Shown here: in pieces, positions 1-12,129 of the stretch
How positions within the stretch are numbered: the stretch's first letter is position 1
Layout: the number at the start of each line of letters is the position of its first letter
Assembly (NCBI RefSeq): GCF_031769215.1
Contig: NW_026782196.1
Location: 682,001 to 746,000, forward strand
From: Ylistrum balloti
Lineage: Eukaryota
Reading direction: 5' to 3'
DNA length: 64,000 nucleotides
Notes under the pieces: generated by a model
The model's input: only the letters and a program-made list of their open reading frames with translations
What the model was told of the DNA's origin: nothing
The model's database searches: none
Made by a program: the position numbers and the translations under genes

Positions 1-430
1 TCAAGCCTGTTTTTGAAAGTGTTGGTGTTTTCGGCTCTCACTACCCCCTCAGGCAGACTGTTCCAAAGGTTAGCTACTCGTACACTGAAGCTGGATTTCC
101 TAACATTTAGTCTAGAATGCTGGGCATAAATTTTCATGGAGTTCCCTCTCCCCTAGGATCTTGTCGCATTGTCCTTCCGTAACTTGGTGAAATCAGCTAC
201 CTTTTTGTCCTATTTCCCACTTAAAAATTTAAAAACCTCTATCATGTCACCTCTGTGGCGTCTGTATTTCAGTGTTGGTAGTTTTAGTTTTTTCAACCTT
301 TGATCAAATGTTAGCCCCTTTTCTTTGCACCCCTTCTGTTCATTCAGATTGTTGTGTCTTGGATGGGAACCACACTGAGCTAGCGTAGTCTAAATGTGTT
401 CTCACCAATTTCTTGTAGAGTGGAACATAT
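1..430 (-). mobile_element. CR1-type non-LTR retrotransposon, decayed C-terminal part of the reverse transcriptase ORF (continues beyond the window start)
   Basis: Minus-strand translation with frameshifts gives YKKLVRTHLDYASSVW.P, LKLPTLKYRRHRGDMIEVFK and VRKSSFSVRVANLWNSLPEGVVRAENTNTFKNRL. These are typical C-terminal CR1 RT motifs. Confidence 0.8.
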
Positions 431-819
431 ATGGCAGCATTCACAAAAACATTATATGCTTATCTAAGCAAAATACAAACAGAGACTTGCCCTATTATCA
501 ATAGTACAGAATCGCTGAATTTCACCAGGGACGTGTATAACATATTGTATTATACGTCCCTGATTTCACTTAATATGAACACTGATCCATGTTGGATATC
601 TGTGGCTCCGTGATATCGTACTGAATGAAGTACAGGTAAAATAACACACCGTAAATGAGAACATTGAATGTTTGAACGTGTTACTGTTTATGGGTTCTTT
701 TATGTCCTTGGGGGAAAGTTAAAGAAATACCATGATAATAGTTGTTCTATATTTCGTTACAAAATCCTGTGCCTTGTCCCCTTGCTGTATTGTTAATCAA
801 ATATGTTTGGATAAAATGA

Positions 820-1100
820 ATGACAATGCCAAACCACACAGAGCCCACCAAGTACATAGCCATCTTCAACATGAAGTGACAGAGACGCCCCTATGGCCTG
901 CAAGGTCACCATACACGAACCCAACTGAGCATATCTCGGACTAAACGTCAGTGCACGATATCCAATTTGCCAACCAATTGGAAATTAGGGGCTGCATTGA
1001 TTCTGGAGTGCCAGAGTTTACCACGAAACAAGCTTAATTCGGCGTTTGGACACTGGGCACAAGAACTGTACCAAGAGCATGTGACTATACCCGATGATGA
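820..1100 (+). mobile_element. Tc1/mariner transposase remnant (C-terminal DDE region)
   Basis: ORF 732-944 ends DNAKPHRAHQVHSHLQHEVTETPLWPARSPYTNPTEHISD, matching the Tc1 pattern DNARPH...WPxxSPDLNPIEH.WD. It is followed by a stop and degenerate sequence. Confidence 0.7.
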
Positions 1101-1611
1101 AAGTTTTATACCAGTTTGATCAGTTAATCTTCTTAAACAATTAACTGGTTTTGGCGATTTGCTGACATATTAATTAGAGACAGTTTATGTCAAACTGTTG
1201 GAAAATGGAAATGAGCTTGACTTAAAAAAAAGGCAAGAAGCAGCGGTCCTGCTATAATGAAACATTGAAATATTATCATGTTCATTTATAAGAACAGAAC
1301 CAAGATCAGCGAAGTTTCGGCCGCTCATAATTGGTTTAAATAAGAACAGAGAATTGAAAGAAATGCAAAATGTCGCATTTCTGAAAATATCACCGGCAAA
1401 CGCTATGCTTGTAATTCTGCTGTTTTCTCGACTGTTTTTCTCGTCCAGACCGACTGTTAAAATGTCATGACAACGTCAGAATAATAAGGACTACAATGAA
1501 CGGAAAGACAATAGTCAGTTTAAACCATTGTTATAAAGATGTAAGTTTTCGATATGCTCTTATCAGTAATTGTACCTCACCATCACCGCAATCACAGTTT
1601 GAAATAAAACG

Positions 1612-1742
1612 TTTGATAGCGTCATTTTTGATGTTTCGGTTTTTTCCCTTCATTTTGATAGCGTCATTTTTGATGTTTCGGTTTTTTTCCCTTCATTTTG
1701 ATAGCGTCATTTTGGATGTTTCGGTTTTTTCCCTTCATTTCG
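1612..1742. repeat. Tandem repeat, about 42-43 bp unit x3
   Basis: Three copies of ttttgatagcgtcatttttgatgtttcggtttttttcccttca. Confidence 0.9.
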
Positions 1743-2480
1743 CTGAATTGGATTTTCGTAAAGAAAAAAAAAAAAATCAAAAGCAGCACTTTGGACTTTA
1801 GTTAAAGAGCTGGCCACGGTTGTTTAAAGGCTGGTATGTGATAACCAGTATTTCCGATATGAATTGAAGAAAATCGGAAAGATTCTTTATCATTTCACAA
1901 CTGTTGGTTTGTTGAGACAAGGCAGAGTGATTTATTTGAGTGTCAGTTTTGTATTGAATATTCTTGTTTGTTTAGTTGTAGCGATTTGAGATTTTTCACT
2001 GACAACTGGACTGGTTAACTTCCATATTACAATCATCGTATAGAAAATGTCAATTTATACGTTATAATTAGTATGTTTCGAGACAACCATAATAATCAAA
2101 TATCAAAATATTTACAAACATGCATTTTCAGGCATCTGAAACAGCAAGGGAAAGTAGAAAAATACAAATCCCTCTATCATACGTTTCTGATTTTACCTGG
2201 AATAGTTGACTATCAAGACTTGGTTAAAAGAAGATTTAACTATGCTGGCGGGCTAGTTTCTAGTACCCTGTAAATCATTACATTGGATTATTTTTTGTGA
2301 AATGTTATTTTTTTGTGAGTGTGAGGTCATTTTTAGACTTGAGTTGTCCACATCCAAAATTACTACATATATATAGCAACATCAGGATTAATCTTGAATT
2401 TGAACATGTATAAATTAGTACCAATGATAAGAACCTTCGGAAATAGTGACAGTTTATCTGCAAAAATCTAATACGACTAT

Positions 2481-4350
2481 AATAATAATAAATATAATAA
2501 TAATAATTGACTTTATTTAAGAGTCGATAACACTTTGAGTACAAGACCCTTCTAACAAGTGGTCGACGGTAAAATGTACAATATATACAACATTAAGATT
2601 ACAGCATCACATATGATATAAAAATCACAAATATCGAAGTAAACTAGCATAATCATGAAGGACTAAGATGTACATCAATAAAACAAATGTAATGATAGTG
2701 AAGAGGTATATAAAACGGTTATAGAGTGATTAATAATATAATAAAAGGACTAAATTAGCGAGGTTTTGTAAGGGATACAGGACTGATAATTAAAACAATT
2801 AATTGGTAACATTCATAAAGGTACCATATTATCTTAGGGCTAAAATAAGACTGGCATAAAAATGTGGATCTAGGTTAGTAAATTGGAGATGAATTTTTTA
2901 CAATAAAATTTAAAAGTTGGTAAGGTTCCACGTTGTCTGATATTTTCTGGAAGCTGATTCCACAAAGTTGGTCCAGTATATAGGAAGGAATTTCTAAACT
3001 TTTCAGTTTTGTGTTTAGGTATGATATAGTTACCAGCAGTAGATACTCTAGCTTGTCTACTGTGTACACTGAACACAAGCACATTACAGTCCAAGTAGTT
3101 AGGACACAGTTTGTTAGCTACTTTAAACATTAGTATACATTCATTGTAGTTCACTCTTTTGCTAAAAGGTAACCATTTGAGTTCGGTGAATAGTTCCCCT
3201 GATACAGAGTAGTCAGCATCCATAATTATACGTAAAACTCTTTTCTGTAATCTCTCTAGTTTTTTAATATGTGTCTGAGAACAATGTCCCCAAATATTTG
3301 AACAATAATCTAGGTAAGGTAGAATGAAACAGTTAAAATAGGTGATTCTTGATGAAACAGGTAAGAACTTTTTAATTCTGCATAACTGATATATTTTGAA
3401 ATTGACCTTTTTGATGACATCCTGGACATGTTCCAAGTAAGGGTATCATCAATACACACACCTAGGAATTTTTCATGTTTAACATTTTCCAACGTAAGAT
3501 CACCAGAATCAGTACATTCAATACATAATTCCTTTGATTTTTTTGTTTTTTTTTCTGTTTACTGCCTACAAGCATAACTTTGGCTTTGTCTGTATTTATA
3601 ATCATTTTGTTTGTTTTACACCAGTTTTTCACATTTACAAAGTCAGTGCGCAAACATGGGGTACACCAGTTGTAATTTCACAGGGATTACTTAAACTATT
3701 TTTGAAGGAAACAATCTGTAGGCGTTTTGATAAACAGGATGTAAAAAAAAATATGGCACTGTCTGAACATCCATATAATTTCATTTTTTGTAGAAGAATT
3801 TTGTGATCAACAATATCAAAGGCTTTTCTAAAATCAATATATATAACAACAATAAGCTTGCCTTTGTCCATTTCTTTGTACCATCTATTTGTCAAGGCTG
3901 TTAGAGCAGTCTGACAAGAACGTTTACATCTAAAGCCAGACTGATTTTCAATGAGTAGATTATGTTGGTTTAAAAATCATATAAAGACTAGTGTACATGT
4001 TTTTCTAAGATGTTTGATAAAACAGGTAAGATAGATATGGGTCTATAGTTACTAACCAAGCTTTTCTCACCCTTTTTGAAAATTGGATTTACTTTGGCAT
4101 GTTTGAAATTATCAGGGAACAAATTTTGATTAATACACATGTTTAGTTAAGTAGTAATAGACTCAGTCACAACATCAGCTGTCGTTTTTAATTACTTTGC
4201 AGAAATACCATCTAGCCCCGTGGCTTTGGTACAGTCAATATTCAACAGGAATTACTGTATAACAGTAACATCATTCTGCCTTCATTACAAAAATCCTGTA
4301 ATTAATACTAAGACAAAAGAGGGTTTAACAGCCCCACTATCTCAATTTTG
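2481..4350 (-). mobile_element. 5'-truncated L2/CR1-group LINE (RT pseudogene) with 3' UTR, AATAAA and (ATT)n tail
   Basis: Minus-strand motifs: KATGLDGISAK, AKVNPIFKKG..NYRPISILPVLS, IDFRKAFD.VDH.ILL, TGVP, KFLGVCID..LTW, ILPYLDYCSNIWG, RNSFLYTGPTLWNQLP. Several stops and frameshifts. The 3' end reads aataaagtcaattattattattatattt at about 2481-2520. Confidence 0.9.
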
Positions 4351-4424
4351 ATGAACTATAATGTGAATAGATAGAACTTCTTTTGGACAAAATAAGAAGA
4401 GAAACACTGCTATTTCAATTGTGT

Positions 4425-7229
4425 TCACTCGCTGACGTGTTGAAAGGCCCTTTCTACACAATCAGTTCCAAAGAAAGCCTCGAGTACATTGACCACCACC
4501 AGTTTGGCCGAACTGGCAAAGTTCTCGTGATTCTGTGACGCAAACTTGACCATCGAGTCAAGCCGGAAATCCACAAAAGTTAGGTTCTGATGCTCGAACT
4601 TGTCCTTGGGTCCACTGGTGAAGCGTGCCTTAATGTTTTCTGCACTGAGGCGGTGTTGTTCAGCTATCCTTTCATCAAGAAGATCAACAAAGCCACACAG
4701 GCCCCACTCGTGGTAGTCAAACTTTAGATATACTGTTGTCAGAGAAATGGCGTCCAGATCACTTCCGGTAAGCACTATTCCAATTTCCTCTTTCAAACCT
4801 CTTGCTGCTGTATTCACCAGATCGACGTAATGTTGACTGTTACGTAAACATTTGTCAGGAGATGACACGCTTTCCACTATCCCGCACGTGAACAAGCCCG
4901 GACTTGACATTGCCGATTTCCTCGACCTTTGGGTGAAGACAAATTTCTGAGGACACTCAGGTCCCTCATTGGTCAGAACAGCGACATGGAGACCGAATGA
5001 ATTGCTGTAAAAAGAACTGACTACACCCTTGCAGGGAACGGCCTCATCCTTTTCTCTATCGGAGAAGGACATCCATATGTCTCGCATTGTTCTGTGGTGA
5101 CAGTAAAGAGACTCCTGGAAGTGAAGGTTTATTGTTTGACATTCATTAATACCAGATCGAGAAAATGTCACCTTCTTCAGGGCAGCTAACACATTGTTGT
5201 CTATATCCTTCTTAGCTGCTAATTTTCTGTATTTTTCAGCGGTGCGTATGTACAGGTCTCTCTTTTCCATGTTCCATGAATCAGGTGCACCGGCTTCCGG
5301 TATATCACTAGTTTCTATTTCACATATCAACTGTGTATGATCATATCCTGCATTGCGAATCCCTGTGTTATAAAAGCCGCCTGGCTCAGAGCAGAACGAA
5401 TCAGCAACATAAATGTGTGTGTTTTTAAGGAATCCGAAAGAAAAATACTCAGCAATGGTAGGGTTATTTTCGTAAGGGTTGCTCTTGAACAGAAAATAAT
5501 CAGAATAAAGTTCTTCTGTTGTTGGCCTGTGGGACGGACAATGCTTCAAACATGATTCGATGACATCAAGAAGAGGACCACTTAAATCCTCAGGTATGGA
5601 TACAAAATCCCCAATGAATTGTTCGGAAGTGTCAAGTTTCTTCTTGAGATTAGCACTGTAGCTATACTCCTTTACTTTATCTTTCGATACTGACATATAG
5701 TTTTCGTCCTTGACCTGTCCGTCTTTCGTTTCATCATTCTCTATTCTCCCACCTTTCCGTACTACAGACATCAGTTGTCCAGTTGAAAGTTGATTAATCG
5801 CTTTTACTCCAGAGATTGCGTAGCCGGTAACCAACCCAAACGAGTAAATATCGCCGCGTTTGTAATCCTGAAGACTGAATGTAATGTCAGCTTTGCCCCT
5901 GAACACGAATTCAGGTGCTCCCCATCGCACATGTACGTATCCGCGCCGAGGTCCTTCTTGTAGGCCATAGTTACAGAAAGGACTTGCTGTTAGCTTTTCT
6001 ATACCACTACCCCAAGCAAGACCAAAATCGGCAACCTTGACCCTTAGTCTTGAAGGCCAAACCTCGACAAGGATGTTGTCGGGTTTTAGGTCTCTATGTG
6101 TGACATCGTTAGAATGTAGATAGGCAATTGCATGGAAAATTTGATTTGAAATATCCCAGGCATTGGCATAGCTGATCGGTCTCGTGCGCAAATACCCTAT
6201 CAGATTCATATCTACGTATTCCATAACAACGAACACTGCTATTCCGTGGCTGGTCAACTCTTGATGACGTACTTCCTTCGACTTTGGGCATAACACAGTG
6301 CGTGTTAAGCACGTTTGTACTTGTCCTGTTATCTCTTTGCGATCGGACGAGGTTGAGGACTGGTATATCCCAAAATGTCCTGTTTGTAGCTGTTCAACTG
6401 TGTGGTAATTTGAACTTATATGTTTCTTGACTTCTTGATGTGAATTTGTAGGATCTTTTTGAACATCAGTTGGTGCATTACCAGATGTTTGTGTATTTGG
6501 GATTAGTTTGTTTGGACTCTGTATTGAAGCTTCGTCAATATAACCTCTCGGATCAGAATTCCACGAGTCTCCCACATTGCACGGACTATTATCAGACATT
6601 GAGAAAGATTCTTTTGAATACAGTCCAGTGCCAGTCGCTACATCACTGTTGGAGAACGTCGAGTGCTCCGATGTTGAAACGCTTTTTGGATTAGTCACGA
6701 ATACGTCACTGTCGATATTTGACTGTGGCAAAATGTGGCCGGATGTAGAAGACACATTTTGTCCAGAACCTAAATCAATATTTGCCGAACTATCAACAAG
6801 TTGAATAACGTCATGATCCGACACCAACCCCATCCCTCGAAAGGCTACTATATTGTCATGGTGAAGCTCTCGGAGCAGATGACATTCTAAGAAGGATGAA
6901 CTGGCGCGGTCCTTTAATATTTTCACTGCAACGCGTGCTCCTTGAAGACGGCATTCATATACTTTTCCAAAGTTTCCTTCTCCTTTCAGTATCCAGTCAG
7001 AAAGCTGATGAGGACCAACTAAAGATGGTATTCTTGGTTTCGGAATGAGTTTTAGCAGTAAGAATAATTCATGAATTCGCGACTGCAACTCGCCTAAAAT
7101 AACCCCGCCATTAGACAGACTGATGGAGAAATTATCGTTCAAGGGACATAACTCTTCCAGGCTATCAAAAACGTCCCGAAGTCTGTGTAAACTGGCACGT
7201 ACACGGTTTTCTTGCTCCACCAGATCCAT
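4425..7229 (-). CDS. Intronless protein kinase - atypical Nudix (NUDT22-like) fusion protein, paralog A, 934 aa
   Basis: Single 934-aa ORF from ATG. Kinase motifs: GEGNFGKV, VAVK, HRDLKPDN, DFG, RWGAPE, DIYSFG. C-terminal domain: SNSFGLHVAVLT...FVFTQRSR...CGIVES...AARGLKEEIGI (Nudix-box-like). Collinear with the ORF at 13310-15466. Confidence 0.9.
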   Translation of the reverse strand: MDLVEQENRVRASLHRLRDVFDSLEELCPLNDNFSISLSNGGVILGELQSRIHELFLLLKLIPKPRIPSLVGPHQLSDWILKGEGNFGKVYECRLQGARVAVKILKDRASSSFLECHLLRELHHDNIVAFRGMGLVSDHDVIQLVDSSANIDLGSGQNVSSTSGHILPQSNIDSDVFVTNPKSVSTSEHSTFSNSDVATGTGLYSKESFSMSDNSPCNVGDSWNSDPRGYIDEASIQSPNKLIPNTQTSGNAPTDVQKDPTNSHQEVKKHISSNYHTVEQLQTGHFGIYQSSTSSDRKEITGQVQTCLTRTVLCPKSKEVRHQELTSHGIAVFVVMEYVDMNLIGYLRTRPISYANAWDISNQIFHAIAYLHSNDVTHRDLKPDNILVEVWPSRLRVKVADFGLAWGSGIEKLTASPFCNYGLQEGPRRGYVHVRWGAPEFVFRGKADITFSLQDYKRGDIYSFGLVTGYAISGVKAINQLSTGQLMSVVRKGGRIENDETKDGQVKDENYMSVSKDKVKEYSYSANLKKKLDTSEQFIGDFVSIPEDLSGPLLDVIESCLKHCPSHRPTTEELYSDYFLFKSNPYENNPTIAEYFSFGFLKNTHIYVADSFCSEPGGFYNTGIRNAGYDHTQLICEIETSDIPEAGAPDSWNMEKRDLYIRTAEKYRKLAAKKDIDNNVLAALKKVTFSRSGINECQTINLHFQESLYCHHRTMRDIWMSFSDREKDEAVPCKGVVSSFYSNSFGLHVAVLTNEGPECPQKFVFTQRSRKSAMSSPGLFTCGIVESVSSPDKCLRNSQHYVDLVNTAARGLKEEIGIVLTGSDLDAISLTTVYLKFDYHEWGLCGFVDLLDERIAEQHRLSAENIKARFTSGPKDKFEHQNLTFVDFRLDSMVKFASQNHENFASSAKLVVVNVLEAFFGTDCVERAFQHVSE

Positions 7230-7368
7230 GCTAGCTTTAGACCAGCTGAGTTTGCCTCACTGTATTTATGCGAATGTTCTCGGTAATACATTAAAAATAC
7301 AAATATGATAGTTCCATGTCCAGAAAAATCTCAGTGGAAAAGTACCTACACACTGCCATGCGGTATTC

Positions 7369-7376
7369 TGACGTCA
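7369..7376. promoter_or_regulatory. Perfect CRE palindrome TGACGTCA about 140 bp upstream of the paralog A start codon
   Basis: Exact 8-mer in a CpG-enriched stretch upstream of the ATG at 7229. Function is not demonstrable from sequence. Confidence 0.3.
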
Positions 7377-9311
7377 AGTTGTATGGCACATTTATGCGTT
7401 ATTGGTACGAAACATCTACTCGTCACTAGGTAACGTAAAAACGTATAACCAGAAAGTCAATGATTGAAATAGACGTATATAACTTGACTCGTTATCGCCT
7501 CATATATCCATGACTCATAAAGAAAATGCCTTGTTAAAAACCGGTTGTCGTTGACTGCACACACAAGTGACTTGATGATGTATTCAACTTGCATGCAAAA
7601 ATCATTTTTAATCTTGATTTTTGATACTCACGGAGGACAACACATGTTTATATTTCTGCATTATCTCCACACATCTCAAGTGTACACGCTCGGGTGATTT
7701 CCTATCCCAGTTTATACCAAAGGATTCTTTGATATAACAAGTGTTGATTTTATACGAGACGCCCTCTATTGCTACACATAATACTGTATTACACAAACTT
7801 CCTTACAGAACAATTTCCTTGATAGCTCATTTCGTATGTTGATAACTCAGGCGACATACTTTGAAAAAAAAAAAAAAAAACAACTACACATACACAACTT
7901 CCTGTGTACATAGTTGGGTTTATAATACATAAATGATTGAAATTGTTGACAGTATGACGTAATCTCATGAGAGTGCTTTATAAACACGGTATTCTGTTCA
8001 GAAATAAGTATCTGGGCAAGCCATCTCAGTTTTAGAAAGTGCATTATACATAAATAACTGAAAAGTTGGAGAGTTTTTGATAATGTACTTTTTTAAACAA
8101 TGCTGTCACCTGTTTCATAATAACATATTCACGAGCCCCTGTTGTTAAAGACAAAGGGCCTGTTTCCAGTAATGTTAATTCTCCATAGGAGCCTGCCCCC
8201 GTATAATTTCTTATCTAGCTCAACTACTGTTTTTTTCTTTTCCGAAAAATAATTTTACACCTTTCCGACACCCAGATTTCATAATTTCAGTGAAAATGTA
8301 TTTTTATAAAGTTGTCAATTTCAGCATCAAAGACATAAGTTCGTAAATAAAAGAAGGTTATCTCGAAATTGTAATTCGCAACATAGTATAAATTTCTTTT
8401 GATAAATATTTCCAAAACATCGTGTTTATTCATAAAACATAAAAAAAATATTCTCGGATGAAAATGCACTTGCAGAGACACAATTATGAAGAAAAACGCC
8501 ATAAATTTGCAATTTTCTCTCGTTATTTAGTTTTGGATGCAAATTTCCATCAGAAAATCGGATAGAGCTTTACTTGTTTCATATGTGTACCAAAAATCAG
8601 CTAATTCCATGTGGTGGAACGTTCTCATATCGCCGCCTGAATGTGGTTGTAAATTGAAAGAAAAGGGGAAATGAGTAACAACCTTGTCTGAAACCCTATT
8701 ATATAGCTTATTATATACAATATTGAATATCAGAGCGGATATTTTCATGACAGTTTTATGATGTGTAACGACTAAATAAATAGTATCGATATAAAGATTT
8801 ACACTGAGGACACCCTGATACATGAATACTGTTCTATCTCAAGCTGTCCTCTTCTGAATTTTCTGATCGTGTGGCCTTGTACATTTATCCGTATCTTCTT
8901 GTCTTTATCTATACGTTTACGAAATCATTCACTCGACGCTTGCTATTCTTGTCTCAATTTCCTTGTTTTATTGTCCCATCTCCAAAGGGTTGTGGCTCTG
9001 TCAGGGCTGGGACCCTGACTTGTCTCACTTTCTTTGTGCCTGCCGACCACGCCACATCGAATAGATAGATTATCCATATGAAATACTTTATTTTGTTCTA
9101 AGTAATCAATCAATTCTGCGCTTCTTGGAGGTATTGAATGTGATTTATCATATTGTCTTGTTATTTTGTGTAATTAGGTGTTCGTTATTTATCACACATT
9201 TTCGCATAATTGTACCAAACTACTAAGTATTAGCTGTTTACAGCAATCATCGGTGGCTTGCTATTTTGTTACTTTATCGACGCTTCATAAACCAATCTTT
9301 ATTGTTTCAAG

Positions 9312-10060
9312 ATGGAGGGTAAATGTGTTGGAGAAGAGTGTCAAGTGTACTTCAAGAAACGTAGTGGCAATAAGAACAGAAGTGCACGCAATGTAAATAG
9401 TCCACAATATAAATGGCTCCTAGATACGCTGGTGCAACAAGGATTGATGACAGCAAAGGAACAAGCATTTATTTGCCAGAAGTGCTACATGAAGTATCTT
9501 CGGAACAAAAATCAGCCTGAACCTGAACCCGAGCAGAACCAGGAAATAGAGGAGAAGACGACTCCCCGTCCCATATCCTGCCGTTGCTGACCCTTCATGA
9601 TCTTTTGAATGGATCATCTTCACACAAAAAATGCTGTCTCTGTCTTGTTACCTTTCCAAAAAATGGAACAAAATCATCAGTCTTACCAAAACGTGCAAGA
9701 CATCACCTGATCTATTCACACAAACTGTGGTGTCCCACCTCATCCCGCCTCTGCTCCATTCACCTTATTGGTAACGACTTAGATCCGTCTACAGAGGTTG
9801 TCCTTGATAGTAGAGGTTCCTTGGAATCTCAGTTACCATCAAAATCGTCCGAAATCATTAATGACCTCCTAGAGGTGTCGCACGTCCTTTCACAGAACCA
9901 GTCTGCGTTTACAATAAGCTTTTCTTCTCTTGATGACTCGGCATGCATGGCCTGGACAGGTTGGTCCAAAGATCAGTTCCTCGAAATCCACTCGCACTGT
10001 TCCCCATATCTTTCATCTGGTATATATACCAAGACTACACACGTTTTGGAAACCGGCCCT
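9312..10060 (+). mobile_element. Frameshifted, truncated N-terminal part of a DNA-transposon transposase, probably PIF/Harbinger-ISL2EU-like
   Basis: Two overlapping ORFs (9312-9590 and 9584-10117) with Cys motifs (ICQKC, SHKKCCLC, RLCSIHL) and a C..WTGWSKDQF helix-turn-helix-like motif that I associate with DDE_Tnp_4-family elements. No DDE triad is present. Confidence 0.45.
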
Positions 10061-12129
10061 TTATCTTTTATTTATCCATTTTTCATAGTTAATTTGCGAG
10101 TTATGGAACAAGTTTAGGAAGTGAGGTGTGGTATATATTGTTTAACGTCCTTTCAATAGCCATGTTTATCTAAAGGACGGTAAGCAGAGAGAGTTATGTT
10201 GTGGTGTTCACGGCGTCCTCCGATCGCCAACTTTTAATTATTACCTGCTTTCACGGTATGATAATTCCTGATGAATCTAGGAGGTCCATAGTCGACATAT
10301 ATAATCAGAATCCTTGAACTTCCATTTGTCGTTTCCTGATGAATTATTTGAATTAACTTTGAATGAAAACAATCTAACCTTGGTGAGATTCATGGTGTTT
10401 ATCGTAACTTCGACGTCACTAGGATCACAGATTTTAAATCTCCAATCAACTTCCTCTCACTGAGAAAGAAACCCATAGTTAGGATATTATGCAGGTAACA
10501 TGCTGGGATCAAACACAACAAAGTTAGTTCAATTGAATCTCCTTGACCTAGCTTCTAGCTTACAGAGGTCAAATGTATGAAAAAATCTTCAAACAACCTG
10601 CATTAACCAAGGTGCTGTGGTCATGATATTGTGCCAGTGGCATACTGGAACAAAGGTCAATCAAACTGGCTTACTTTCAAGGTCAAAGTGTCAAATGGAT
10701 AAAAACCTAGAACAAATTCTTCTTAGTGCCAACGATGTAATGAAGACTTTGAACAACTACGACCTAATTTCAAGATTACAAGAATCAAATGTAGCATTTA
10801 ATAACCTTTACAAAACCAAGAGGCACATTGTCATGATATAGGCCTGAATCTAACAGACTTCTAAGGGGTCTAATGAGTTAAATACCACTAACAACTTCTA
10901 AAATTCTAGAGACCAAACAACAAGGGTCATATTTGTCCAGTAGCATGCCAGGATGAATGACCTTTAAATTATTTTCAAAGTCATAAGGTTAAATGTGTTA
11001 AAAACTCTTAACAATCTTCTCCCAATAACCAAAATACCCAGACTGCTGATATTAAGCCAGTAACATGCTTGAAAGATTTAAATTTTGCTATAGCTACTTT
11101 GGCATCAATTTGATTAATTTTACAAATTAATGAAATCTTCAGAAACCCAATCAGAATTGAATTTACTCAGTGCATATATTCAAAATGCAATATAAACAAT
11201 AATGAAGATAGATGTATACATATTTGTAGGAATTTGATATTTTTTAAGTCAATTGAGAACTAGTATATTGCATGTTTCATTTTTGTGAAAAGTTCATATT
11301 ATGAAATATCAATACCAACATGTGCATTACTATGAAACTGGTTAAGTATCATAAAGCAACTTAATTTTTTTTAGTGAATAGCCAACAATAGTGACAAGAA
11401 AAAGACTACAGGGATATTAATAACATGATATAAAAATGTGCACATAACATGTAAAAAAAGTTAAAATATTGACAGAAAACATTGTACATACACAATAATT
11501 TCAGAGTTCATTTGTCTGATGACTATTGTATAACGCATTGCATTACTACAGAGCATTGAGTATCATTCTCCCTTAATGGTTCGGACGGAAGTGCTTGAAG
11601 GTCCAGAAACCATAGAAACACACAGTCAAATTCATACATCTTAATGTCTGACCAGAGAACTGAACACCAGTTATCTTTGTGAGAGGCAAGTGCTTAACCA
11701 TTCATGTGCCTTCCTGCCATCCAACATGGATAATAAACACTGGCCAGCATAAAAATAAAAATGTGAACGTGAAGAGAATGTTGTCATATTCTGGGAAAAT
11801 ACTATAAATTCATATATATCTTGGTAGGGCTAATAGTTTATGGTTTCTCAATATAAATCAATTTACTGACATTTGAGTTTTTGAATAAATAGCACAATAC
11901 CCACTGGGACCAATATCCATTTTATTTTCACACCTTTATCATTTCAAACCAGGAAGTAACAAATTTGTATGCTAAGAGTAAGAAAGAAAATCAGGCAAAG
12001 GAAAGCACATAAAAAAAGCACAACAAAGATAACAAATATGTTAATATACAGTACTATGTAAATGAATGTTCAGATATTGTGTAAGTAATCTTTACAAAAA
12101 ATATTTCATGTGTCTTAATGTTGTGTATT

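Noticed and set aside
10250-10430. Possible minus-strand non-coding first exon for paralog A (donor gcag|gtaata)
   Set aside because: No convincing acceptor upstream of the ATG at 7229, so it cannot be supported without transcripts.
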